From a virus (taxonomy: Duplodnaviria; Caudoviricetes), in IMG/VR virus record IMGVR_UViG_3300025608_000006: a stretch of DNA of 64,000 bases; one strand, given 5' to 3'. Shown here piece by piece: positions 25,514 through 34,605 of the stretch. The position numbers and the translations under genes were made by a program. The first letter of the stretch is position 1. Each line of letters starts with the position of its first letter. Below the pieces are notes generated by a model. It worked only from the letters and a program-made list of their open reading frames with translations, made no database searches and was not told where the DNA came from.

Positions 25514-27054
25514 TTACTAGTTGACCAACTTAGTTTTTTATTAATATAATTTTGTACAAAAGTTTTAAACTTAGGATCGTTAGTATCTGTTTGTGACATA
25601 TTTATATCGTAAATATCTTCATATCGTTCTGCTTCTGTTAGAACAAATAATCTATCTGATAAGAATGGATTGCAGCCTCGAAGTCCAGTAAAGCCGTTAT
25701 CTGAATAAAACTCTTGAACTAAACTTTCTGCTTCATACCAATTCATAGTGTCGTGATCCCAAATAACAATATCGTTTCTAGTGCTGCCAACGCCGCCTCC
25801 TCGAGGAGTAGTAGACTGGAATACTACATTGTTATTTTTATCTTTGTATACATTGTAACCTTCGTTTTGTCGTGCTTCTAATTTTACAAGTCCGTTATCA
25901 GTTAGTTGCTTTGTAAATCTACTTTGATTAGTAAGACTTAGATCATAATCACCAATTTCTAATATGTGAGCACTTGCACTTTGTCTATTCCATTTAGTGT
26001 TTAACCAATTAACTGAATCGTACCATGACTCTTTTGTTTCTCCGGGAATGCCGCAGATAAGTTGTATATTTGCTCGATACCTTTTAGGAGCATGTATATC
26101 TGTGTATGCTTGAAATTCTAATAGACCTTCTTTTACTTGATCGGGGTCCATGCCTTTACGCACAAGCTTTCCTGCTTCTTGATTGAATGTTTCAAGACCC
26201 ATGCTATGCCCAAGAAAGCCTAATCTAATGTAAGTATCCCAGTGCTCTTTGTGTTTAACAACTAAATCTCCGCGGGCAAACCCGCACATCCAAGGATTAT
26301 AATTTAACTCGTCTACTGCTTCAGCATATTTTTGTAATTTTGACGGACGATCATTAAACGTTTCGTCCATAACTCGCCAGTTTTTAATTCCCCATTTTTC
26401 ATATCCAGTCTGTAGCTGACGCTTAAACTCTTCTTTGCTTACACTAACATCTTTAGCTTGACCTAACAATGGAAAATTACAATAGCTGCAATTAAACATA
26501 CATCCTCGTGCAGTTTCAATTTGCGGCATTTCATAAGGTTTTATAAAATCTCTAGCTTCGTAATCAGTTAAGTAGCTGTCTAATGGCGTAGAAGGATAAT
26601 GATGCAATCCTCTAATAACACGTTTATCGGTAATAACTGTATCAGTTTTTAAAGGCGCACCTAAAGTGCCAATTAAATGTCTGCATAAAGCTAATACTGC
26701 ATTTTCTCCGTAACTGTCTACCCAATAGTCAACGTTCTCAGCCGGAGTAACAAGAGCATTTTGTCCTCCTACTACAACAGGTATATCAGGATATTCTTTT
26801 TTTAACCAAGCAATAAATTCATTTAAAAACGGGCTCCATGGATTTAAAAATGCAGTTCCAAAACAAAACATAACAGTACTCGACGATGCACGAGAACGTA
26901 CAAATTCTTGTAATTCTTCTAGTTTCCAAAATGCAGTAAAGTCTACTACTTCTGCATCCCAGTCGTGCATCCTTAAATACGTAGCAACTCGATGAGGCCA
27001 TATGGATCTCTCCCATCGTTTACCAGTAAGTGAAAAGAATATTACATTATTCAT
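25510..27054 (-). CDS. Cobalamin-binding radical SAM protein (class B methyltransferase-like)
   Basis: N-terminal B12-binding-type region (VVVGGQNA), ETARGCMFNCSYC, DETFN, GLETF, ICGIPGET. Confidence 0.85.
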   Translation of the reverse strand: MNNVIFFSLTGKRWERSIWPHRVATYLRMHDWDAEVVDFTAFWKLEELQEFVRSRASSSTVMFCFGTAFLNPWSPFLNEFIAWLKKEYPDIPVVVGGQNALVTPAENVDYWVDSYGENAVLALCRHLIGTLGAPLKTDTVITDKRVIRGLHHYPSTPLDSYLTDYEARDFIKPYEMPQIETARGCMFNCSYCNFPLLGQAKDVSVSKEEFKRQLQTGYEKWGIKNWRVMDETFNDRPSKLQKYAEAVDELNYNPWMCGFARGDLVVKHKEHWDTYIRLGFLGHSMGLETFNQEAGKLVRKGMDPDQVKEGLLEFQAYTDIHAPKRYRANIQLICGIPGETKESWYDSVNWLNTKWNRQSASAHILEIGDYDLSLTNQSRFTKQLTDNGLVKLEARQNEGYNVYKDKNNNVVFQSTTPRGGGVGSTRNDIVIWDHDTMNWYEAESLVQEFYSDNGFTGLRGCNPFLSDRLFVLTEAERYEDIYDINMSQTDTNDPKFKTFVQNYINKKLSWSTSN

Positions 27055-27698
27055 ATATTGCTCTCAAATTTAAATTCGTTAGGAACTATAGATTTTAATT
27101 CTTCTAACGATGACTGTTCTACATCAAAATAAACCGATGTTTCAGATTGTTTAAAATTACTTATAGTTTTATTTTTAGACGCACGGTTTAACCAAACACT
27201 CATAGTATTATCAAAACTATACCTAGGATTGCTGCCGCCGGCTGTTATTTTTACAGACACAGAATCATTTAATACATTGCGTGTTAATAATTTTCGAACT
27301 ACTAGCTGCATCCGAGTATGCTCGCCTACACTAATTGCAGTGTGCAATCTTCCTGCATCCATTTCGTACCATACTCCGTCTTTTACAAGTTTATGCATTT
27401 GTTGATTATCAAGATCAATAAGGTAGTCTTGATCTCCTGACAAATTTAAATGATACCTATCGTCGATGTCAGCATGTTGTGTGTAACAACTAGGCGACTC
27501 CATTACAATAATTCTTGCTTGTCCAGTGTCAATAGGAAGGCTATTCCAAATACTTTCCCACACTGTGTTTTTATATTCTTCTAATAATACCCAAGGATCA
27601 TAAAAAAAGTCTCCAGAAGGTGCTGTTAAATCGTGCTTTCCTTTTTCAAGTAATGGCATGTCATCAATAGATGCAGTATATGGTGTTTTAACAAGCAT
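27051..27698 (-). CDS. 2OG-Fe(II) oxygenase-like (Asp/Asn beta-hydroxylase-like) protein
   Basis: YTQHAD (HxD), YHLNL, DAGRLHTA, RMQLVVR; start 5 nt after TAAATA. Confidence 0.65.
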   Translation of the reverse strand: MLVKTPYTASIDDMPLLEKGKHDLTAPSGDFFYDPWVLLEEYKNTVWESIWNSLPIDTGQARIIVMESPSCYTQHADIDDRYHLNLSGDQDYLIDLDNQQMHKLVKDGVWYEMDAGRLHTAISVGEHTRMQLVVRKLLTRNVLNDSVSVKITAGGSNPRYSFDNTMSVWLNRASKNKTISNFKQSETSVYFDVEQSSLEELKSIVPNEFKFESNI

Positions 27699-27702
27699 AT
27701 GC

Positions 27703-27748
27703 ATATTTACCAAGACTAAGTTAACTACGCATATTTCTTGGTAAATAT
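27703..27748. repeat. 12-bp perfect inverted repeat carrying divergent TAAATA promoters
   Basis: ATATTTACCAAG (27703-27714) and CTTGGTAAATAT (27737-27748); the spacer contains TTAACTACGCATAT. Confidence 0.9.
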
Positions 27749-27752
27749 CATT

Positions 27753-28430
27753 ATGAATCTAACTATAGATAAAAAATGGAAGCGTATAGGCATTAGTTTA
27801 AGCGGGGGTGCTGATAGTGCATTGCTTGCATATCTTGTATTGTCACAAACCAATGCCGACATATATTTTACTACACAAATACGCTTATGGAAAACTAGGC
27901 CGTGGCAACGTTATATTGCACAGGAAGTAGTAGAATGGTTCCGTAATCGTTTTGATAATCGTATAGAGCACATAGAAGGGTTTATTCCGCCCGAAATGGA
28001 AGAACCGCATACAACGTATATTACAGACGAGTACGAAAAAACAAAACCAGGTAACAGAATTATACTTAGAGCACATAACGAGTTTATTGCACATACACAT
28101 AAGTTGGATGCGTGGTTTGCAGGTGTTAACAAAAATCCAGACATAGATATTCCAGGTGCATTAGCAGAACGTAACGAAGGTGTGTTGCCATTACACACTA
28201 CACATATGGGAGTTGACATTTGTCATCCTTTCGTGTATACTACTAAAGACTGGATCATTAAACAATACTATGATAACAACATAGAAGATTTATTAAATTT
28301 AACACGTAGCTGCGAAGGAGAATTTGCAGAGTTAGATTATACAACATACACACCTAGGCAATTTGTTCCTATATGCAATGAATGTTTTTGGTGTAAGGAA
28401 AGAGAGTGGGCTATTGAACAAGTCAAATAG
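27753..28430 (+). CDS. QueC-like N-type ATP pyrophosphatase
   Basis: PP-loop SLSGGADS; C-terminal TRSC...CNECFWCKER, a QueC-type Zn motif. Confidence 0.75.
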   Translation: MNLTIDKKWKRIGISLSGGADSALLAYLVLSQTNADIYFTTQIRLWKTRPWQRYIAQEVVEWFRNRFDNRIEHIEGFIPPEMEEPHTTYITDEYEKTKPGNRIILRAHNEFIAHTHKLDAWFAGVNKNPDIDIPGALAERNEGVLPLHTTHMGVDICHPFVYTTKDWIIKQYYDNNIEDLLNLTRSCEGEFAELDYTTYTPRQFVPICNECFWCKEREWAIEQVK

Positions 28431-29685
28431 TTGTACATTCTGTATGCATCCTTTTACAGGATTAGCTACAAGAGAAGACGGCGCGATTAAAGTTTGCTGT
28501 CGTAGTCAACCCATTGGGTTCATACAAAATGAAACATTAGAAGAAGTTTGGAACGGTGATGCAATGCGTGAAGTGCGCAGGCAAGTACTAAATGACGAAC
28601 GCCCAGATGTGTGCAAGCCCTGCTTTGACCTTGAAGATCAGGGGGTACAGAGCTTACGACAGCGTCATACAGCAGGTGTTATACCCGAAGCTAGGGTCAA
28701 CTTATACCCAGACGCACTAGACGCACTAGAAGACGATTACACTATGCCGTTCGAGCTTCCTACTATGGAAATTAAATTAAACAACTTATGCAACTTGAAA
28801 TGTCGTATGTGTAATCCACTGGACAGTACTAGTTGGAAGGACTGGGAAGAAGTAAAACCGTTCTACGAAAAAGAAAACAACATTCTTATTCCTATTGTAG
28901 ACAATCTTACTACCAAACCTGGACAATACATCGGACCATTTGATAACAGTGACAACTGGTGGGAATCGTTTGAAAAGCTATTGCCGTTTTTTAGACGTGT
29001 AGAGTTTGCTGGCGGGGAACCTTTAATGGATCCCTATCATTACAAAATACTAGACAAGCTAGCAGAGTACGGTGATCAGATAGAATTAAAGTACGCTACA
29101 AACGGTACTACGCTAGGCATTAAGGGTGGACGTACTATACACGACTACTGGCCCAAGTTTAAAAGAATTGCTGTAAACGTAAGCATAGACGGGTTACACG
29201 ATGTCTACGAGTACATTAGAGGCAATGGTAAGTTTAGCGAAATAGAAGCTAACATCGAAGTTTTTAAAAGCTTTCCTAATGTAAGTCGTGTGGTAGGTGC
29301 GTTTACTGTACAAGCAAACAATATTATGCAGATTTGTAATGTTATCGATTACTTTATTAACAATCTGGGCATTGTATTTTATTCTCATCGGGTAACTTAC
29401 CCCATGGCATTAAGTGCGCAGGTATTACCTCCTGATCTAAAGAAAAAAATAATAGCACAATTAGAAGAAATGAAAACATCAGTATTAACATACCCAATGG
29501 TTAAACAGCATAAACTATTAGAAACAGTAACATTACAACAGATACAAGATAATATTAATTTTTTAGAAGCAAAGTGCATGCATAATACACATTGGCAAGA
29601 CTGCATAAATTTCAATCGTGCGTTAGACAAGACTCGTAATCAAGACTTTCTTGCAGCAAATCCAGAGTTTAAACTGTATGTTTAA
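28414..29685 (+). CDS. Radical SAM protein with N-terminal twitch/SPASM-like domain (probable TTG start)
   Basis: CMHPF..DGAIKVCC..CKPC; LNNLCNLKCRMC; FAGGEPLM. Confidence 0.85.
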   Translation: MNKSNSCTFCMHPFTGLATREDGAIKVCCRSQPIGFIQNETLEEVWNGDAMREVRRQVLNDERPDVCKPCFDLEDQGVQSLRQRHTAGVIPEARVNLYPDALDALEDDYTMPFELPTMEIKLNNLCNLKCRMCNPLDSTSWKDWEEVKPFYEKENNILIPIVDNLTTKPGQYIGPFDNSDNWWESFEKLLPFFRRVEFAGGEPLMDPYHYKILDKLAEYGDQIELKYATNGTTLGIKGGRTIHDYWPKFKRIAVNVSIDGLHDVYEYIRGNGKFSEIEANIEVFKSFPNVSRVVGAFTVQANNIMQICNVIDYFINNLGIVFYSHRVTYPMALSAQVLPPDLKKKIIAQLEEMKTSVLTYPMVKQHKLLETVTLQQIQDNINFLEAKCMHNTHWQDCINFNRALDKTRNQDFLAANPEFKLYV

Positions 29686-30583
29686 AGTAGAGAGTCGTTG
29701 GGGACATCAAAACAGCATACACGTTGAATGGAATATAGGCAAACGTTGTAATCTAGATTGCGCTTACTGTCCTGCAGAAATACACGATAACTTTAGTCCA
29801 CACACTGATTTAGATGTTATGGTTAATACTATATACGAATTAGAAAAAATTGGTAAACCAATACGTATGAGTTTAACAGGTGGCGAGCCTACTGTACATC
29901 CTAAAATTAATGATATATTGGAATGTGCTAGAGCAAGATTAGAATGGCTAAGTGTTACTACTAATGGTTTACGTAGTGCAGAATGGTACATCAAACAACC
30001 AGTAAATCAATGGGTGTTCAGTTTGCATTTTGACAATGAGCACAGTCAACGAGCAGCAGAAAATATTGTTAGATATAGCCAGCTATTAGACATGGAAGGT
30101 ATGCCTACTCTATATCAAGTTAATCTAATGGCGCATCACGGACACATGGATGCAGTAAGAGCCGCTGCTATTCTTTTAGAAGGTCATAATATTCCATATG
30201 TGTGCAGGCGTATACGCTGGACCGAAGCAGATGATCGAGAATGGTTCGACGACATGCGCTATAAAGAAAAAGATTTAGAATGGGTACTAAGTAAAACTGC
30301 AACTGTAAAGGCAAACTGTGTTATAGATGGTAAAGATATGCTTCATGCAAGTGACATTATCAAACATAAAATTAATCAATTCGAAGGATGGAAGTGTAAT
30401 GCTGGACTAGAAAGTCTTATGATCAATTGGGACGGTGAAGTACATCGTGCTACATGTAGAGTAGGCGGAAGTTTAGGCAATATTTATAATGGCACGTTTG
30501 AATCACCTGTTGCTCCTGTTAATTGCACACGCAAGTGGTGTACGTGTGCAGCCGACATTCCATTAACTAAAGTTTCCACTTAG
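29678..30583 (+). CDS. Radical SAM protein with C-terminal twitch/SPASM-like domain
   Basis: GKRCNLDCAYC; LTGGEPT; CNAG..INWDGEVHRATC..GNI..CTRKWCTC. Confidence 0.85.
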   Translation: MFKVESRWGHQNSIHVEWNIGKRCNLDCAYCPAEIHDNFSPHTDLDVMVNTIYELEKIGKPIRMSLTGGEPTVHPKINDILECARARLEWLSVTTNGLRSAEWYIKQPVNQWVFSLHFDNEHSQRAAENIVRYSQLLDMEGMPTLYQVNLMAHHGHMDAVRAAAILLEGHNIPYVCRRIRWTEADDREWFDDMRYKEKDLEWVLSKTATVKANCVIDGKDMLHASDIIKHKINQFEGWKCNAGLESLMINWDGEVHRATCRVGGSLGNIYNGTFESPVAPVNCTRKWCTCAADIPLTKVST

Positions 30584-31538
30584 TCATTAGTTGCTCAGGT
30601 TGACACCAACAGTGTTTCTTAGTACAGACACTAGGAATTAATTTAGGATTAAATTTAGTAACAAAATCAGTATCATAAAGATTATACAGCTTATCTTCTC
30701 CGTATACTAGATTTCCACAAACGCCGGTTATTTGCCCTGACTTTTGTATATTAATATTCTCAAGTCCAATATTACACATCCATCCTTCAAATCGATTTAG
30801 GTCGTTTGTCGAAAGATAGTTGCGTTCTACTCGTTTCTTAGTCCCGTCGTCAAATATTATTTGCGGTTTGCCTTTTAGTATATTTTCGTATTCGTCTTTT
30901 ATAAGTCTATGTAACGGGGGGTTGCGTTTTACATGTTTTTTAAATATTTTTCTTTGATCGAGCGTGTACTTCGGTGGATGAATTTCCGCAGCACAAATGA
31001 ACCAAGGATATTTGCTTTGTTTCATGAGTTCGATTGCATCTAGACAAGCATCCCATTGTGTAGGATCCATCATTACTAACGTGTTTACTGCAACTCTTTG
31101 ATTATAAACATTATCAATTACATTTATATAATGAGTTAGATTTGCTTGCCCGGGATGATAACTAAACAACACTTTGTCAAATGCTGTAGCATTTTTCTCC
31201 CACCATCGAATTGTCCTGCTGCCGTTAGTAGTAATAGTAACTTTTACATTATATAACGCCTTTAAGTCTCTTGCAAAGTCAGCAACTTTTGGCCATAATG
31301 TTGGTTCGCCGCCTAGCAAGTTAACTTCAAACTTATTCCTACCGTTGCGTGTATAAAAGTCTAGTAAATGTTTAAAGTTTTTCATTAGCGCATTGTAATC
31401 TTTTGGCCATCTAGTGTCGCCGCCGTTTGCATATGGACCGCAGTATGTACATTTAAAATTGCAATAATTTCCTACCATATATTCTATACGCAGCCTATTG
31501 TTAGGTTCCATTGTTTTTATTTTAATAATTTCCTTCAT
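30567..31538 (-). CDS. Radical SAM protein with C-terminal twitch/SPASM-like domain
   Basis: GNYCNFKCTYC; LLGGEPT; TTNGSR; CNIG..GVC..CTKKHCWC. Confidence 0.85.
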   Translation of the reverse strand: MKEIIKIKTMEPNNRLRIEYMVGNYCNFKCTYCGPYANGGDTRWPKDYNALMKNFKHLLDFYTRNGRNKFEVNLLGGEPTLWPKVADFARDLKALYNVKVTITTNGSRTIRWWEKNATAFDKVLFSYHPGQANLTHYINVIDNVYNQRVAVNTLVMMDPTQWDACLDAIELMKQSKYPWFICAAEIHPPKYTLDQRKIFKKHVKRNPPLHRLIKDEYENILKGKPQIIFDDGTKKRVERNYLSTNDLNRFEGWMCNIGLENINIQKSGQITGVCGNLVYGEDKLYNLYDTDFVTKFNPKLIPSVCTKKHCWCQPEQLMTKWKL

Positions 31539-32941
31539 AGTAAATGTGCCAATTCTGGAAATATAGTTGTAGCGTCTAATCTACGAATTGCATCTAACTT
31601 GTTTACATACTCTTTAAATCCTGGTAATAAGTGACTGTTGTCTCGACTATCCATATGTTTTAATAGCCCTTCCCACTGTCGCCAGCCTTTAGGATTATGT
31701 ATCCAAAATTCATCTTCTTGTGTATAGTTATCCCATAACCATGTTTTAAGTTCTGCAAAACGCTCACGTACATCTTGCTTGTCTGCTTCAGGCAAGATTG
31801 TAATGTTAAGGAATGTAGGTATGTGTACTAAGTGTGCATTGACTAATCCGCCGCCCATTGTTACTCCATTTATTAATCCAACATTCATTTTCTTAAATTT
31901 GCTGTTTACTTTCCACTTTATAAAGTCCGGTATATGTTTGATGTTGAATATCTGTACTGCTGTTGCCATACTAACATGTATATTATCAGGAGTATTGTCT
32001 AGCATATGCAAAGTGCGCTCAACTTCTTCAAACTTTCCAGGGAAGCGTATATAATCATCGCGTTCAAAACTTGCATCAACACTAACAGCAAATTTAACTT
32101 TGCGAAATTTACTCCATAATTCGATCAGTTCGTCGTCTACAAGAATACCATTTGAATTATAACGTAACAATACATTGTCTTGATAACCTTGCCTAATGAT
32201 TTCTTCAATAAACATTTTATGTTCTTTAATCATTAAAGGTTCTCCGCCTGCAAAATAAACTTGTTTTAGGTTAGGAACTTGTGCATATAACTCTTTCCAA
32301 AATGATTCTTTTTCGTGCCACTTGTTGTTAAATTCTTTTTTGTCCCATGTCATCTGTTGCTTTACAGATTCATTTTCTAATTGCGGGACTAGTTTTTTCC
32401 AATCTGCTACCCACTTTGAGCTATCATGCGGACTACACATAACACATTTAATATTACAAGTATGTCCTAATCGTAAGTCTAGGTATTGCAATTGTTCAGG
32501 TACTGTGCCATCTTCTGCTGTTTGCGCAATAAGTTCTTCTACATCAATACCTTCGTCATTCATCCACGTAGCAGTTTCCCAAATACGTTTACTAACAATA
32601 CCTTGCGCTTCTTCATCAAAGCAACCTGTGCAACTAGCAGGTATGTTGCCTTCAAGCATGGTAGTACGAACGTTTTTCATAAAGTTACTATTCCATGCTT
32701 CCATAGGAGTTACCTTACCAAAGTTAGCGTTACTACCGTCATTGTTTTTAATCAATCCAACCGTATGATTATCACCTGCGCCGCTGGCATTTGCAGTACA
32801 GCAAAGTCGCATATCGCCATTAGGGCGTGTTGCCAAGTGTATCCAAGGAAGCACACAAAAGGTACAACTTGATTTAGTTTCTAAGTCGCGCTGAAACTTA
32901 CCAAGTCTTGTGTCGGCGCTTGCATACCAGTATTTAGACAT
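31535..32941 (-). CDS. Radical SAM protein with N-terminal twitch/SPASM-like domain
   Basis: CVLPW..NGDMRLCC..CTGC; GHTCNIKCVMC; FAGGEPLM; paralog of 28414-29685. Confidence 0.85.
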   Translation of the reverse strand: MSKYWYASADTRLGKFQRDLETKSSCTFCVLPWIHLATRPNGDMRLCCTANASGAGDNHTVGLIKNNDGSNANFGKVTPMEAWNSNFMKNVRTTMLEGNIPASCTGCFDEEAQGIVSKRIWETATWMNDEGIDVEELIAQTAEDGTVPEQLQYLDLRLGHTCNIKCVMCSPHDSSKWVADWKKLVPQLENESVKQQMTWDKKEFNNKWHEKESFWKELYAQVPNLKQVYFAGGEPLMIKEHKMFIEEIIRQGYQDNVLLRYNSNGILVDDELIELWSKFRKVKFAVSVDASFERDDYIRFPGKFEEVERTLHMLDNTPDNIHVSMATAVQIFNIKHIPDFIKWKVNSKFKKMNVGLINGVTMGGGLVNAHLVHIPTFLNITILPEADKQDVRERFAELKTWLWDNYTQEDEFWIHNPKGWRQWEGLLKHMDSRDNSHLLPGFKEYVNKLDAIRRLDATTIFPELAHLL

Positions 32942-34007
32942 CTAATCTTTCTCCTTGCACAAACTGATCTTTAGGCTTACTAAGTTTGTTTACTCCGCAG
33001 GTTCTTGCACAAGTAATTAATTTATGTGTGTTCCAGTATTTGTACCAAACTGTTTGCCAAGAATTAGAATCTATTATATCTTTTATAGAATAATCAAGCG
33101 CATTAGTATTTCCTAAATCTTTAATAAGACTAGAGTACTGTGATTTCATCTTTTGTCTAATATCTTTAGCTAAATCATTAGGATGTATATAATTATATGG
33201 AGTACTTGCTAAAAAGCAACAAGGCATAATGTTTCTTTGTGCGGTTATATAAATTTCTTTTGTTTTTTGTACAAAGCAATCTATTTCACTAGTATCGACT
33301 ATATGTTTATAATTATCGATTGTTTCTTGAGTTATTAGAGTCAGATTGCTTCCTGTTGGCGGTTCTAAATAATATTCAAGTTGTCCTGTTTTATCTAATA
33401 CTTCAAAGTTAGACGAAGCAACAAATCTTGCACTATCTTTTTGTGTAAAATTTGCAAATCCTAATTCTTTGGCGCGACTAGCTGCTTCATTTACTTGATG
33501 CTCGTTGTGTTTAAATTTGATAAATGCCCATTCTGCTATGCCGCCGGCAGCAATAAATGCCTGGGCATTTTTTATTATTGTATTGTAATTTGTACCTATA
33601 CGGTAGAGACTATGTGTATCTTCTAGTCCGTCGATTGCAAATATAACTTTATGACATTTAGGCAGTGATTTAGCAAGCTGTGTCCACCACGAAGACGTTC
33701 GTGCGCTTCCGTTTGTGTGTATTCTAATATTTAGATTTGGATTAACGCCTTTACTATACTGACACATATCTATCAAATTATTATTAATAATAGGGTCGCC
33801 AAAATTGCCACAAAAATAAAATCCTTCAAGTTGATGTAAAATTTCTTTAGTTAGAATTTTTTTAAAATCTTCTATAGTCCAGTCAGTATTTTTAATAAGT
33901 GGGTTTTCTAGTCCGCCATGATAATTTCTACTACACATAGGACAACTTGCCTGACATCTATTAGTTATTTCAAGATGTATATTTTTCAATTCATTAAATT
34001 TAAACAT
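32934..34007 (-). CDS. Radical SAM protein with C-terminal SPASM-like Cys cluster
   Basis: EITNRCQASCPMC; CGNFGDP; HTNGS; C..MPCCF..CARTC. Confidence 0.85.
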   Translation of the reverse strand: MFKFNELKNIHLEITNRCQASCPMCSRNYHGGLENPLIKNTDWTIEDFKKILTKEILHQLEGFYFCGNFGDPIINNNLIDMCQYSKGVNPNLNIRIHTNGSARTSSWWTQLAKSLPKCHKVIFAIDGLEDTHSLYRIGTNYNTIIKNAQAFIAAGGIAEWAFIKFKHNEHQVNEAASRAKELGFANFTQKDSARFVASSNFEVLDKTGQLEYYLEPPTGSNLTLITQETIDNYKHIVDTSEIDCFVQKTKEIYITAQRNIMPCCFLASTPYNYIHPNDLAKDIRQKMKSQYSSLIKDLGNTNALDYSIKDIIDSNSWQTVWYKYWNTHKLITCARTCGVNKLSKPKDQFVQGERLDV

Positions 34008-34605
34008 TTTTCTTTTTGCCTATAATCATATACCGTGTGTATTTAGATGTTTCAAATTCGCCGCGCCAGTAAGGCTTAATACCACTCATGCGCATAAAAT
34101 CGTCTAAGTCTGTTGCACAACGAATATGCTCGTCTAGTTCAAAATAGTTATTGCTTTGTACTACAAATAGTGCATTGTCTGGCTGATTGTTTAGCCACTG
34201 CTCATATTGTTCTTGTGTAATGTGTTCGCAACTTGTGTTAATAACAATGTTAGCAGGTTCTGTATAGGTACACATGTCTGCTGTTACTGCATCAAATCTT
34301 CCTGCTATTTCATAATTTTTATTAACAGTGTATGCAGTTTCTTGACAGTCTTCATCAATATCTACGCTTGTGATATGTTCTATACTAAGGCTGCTGTTAA
34401 AAAGTATACTTGCAAGCACACCATTCCAACCACCGTAAATTACAATGCGAGCATCGTCGTCTGCATAGTTTACACGTAGAGCATCAGCAAGCCATACTTT
34501 GCTGTTGACTTGTCCTTTCCAAAAACTTTCAAGTGTACGATATCGGTCATTGCTGTTGCGAATTGCATCCATCCAAAATAGTACATCTTGTATATCAACT
34601 CTCAT
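34000..34605 (-). CDS. Putative class I SAM-dependent methyltransferase
   Basis: IVIYGGWNG (motif I-like), SVDID, TADM, INTSCEH; start MRVDIQ overlaps the upstream stop. Confidence 0.55.
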   Translation of the reverse strand: MRVDIQDVLFWMDAIRNSNDRYRTLESFWKGQVNSKVWLADALRVNYADDDARIVIYGGWNGVLASILFNSSLSIEHITSVDIDEDCQETAYTVNKNYEIAGRFDAVTADMCTYTEPANIVINTSCEHITQEQYEQWLNNQPDNALFVVQSNNYFELDEHIRCATDLDDFMRMSGIKPYWRGEFETSKYTRYMIIGKKKNV

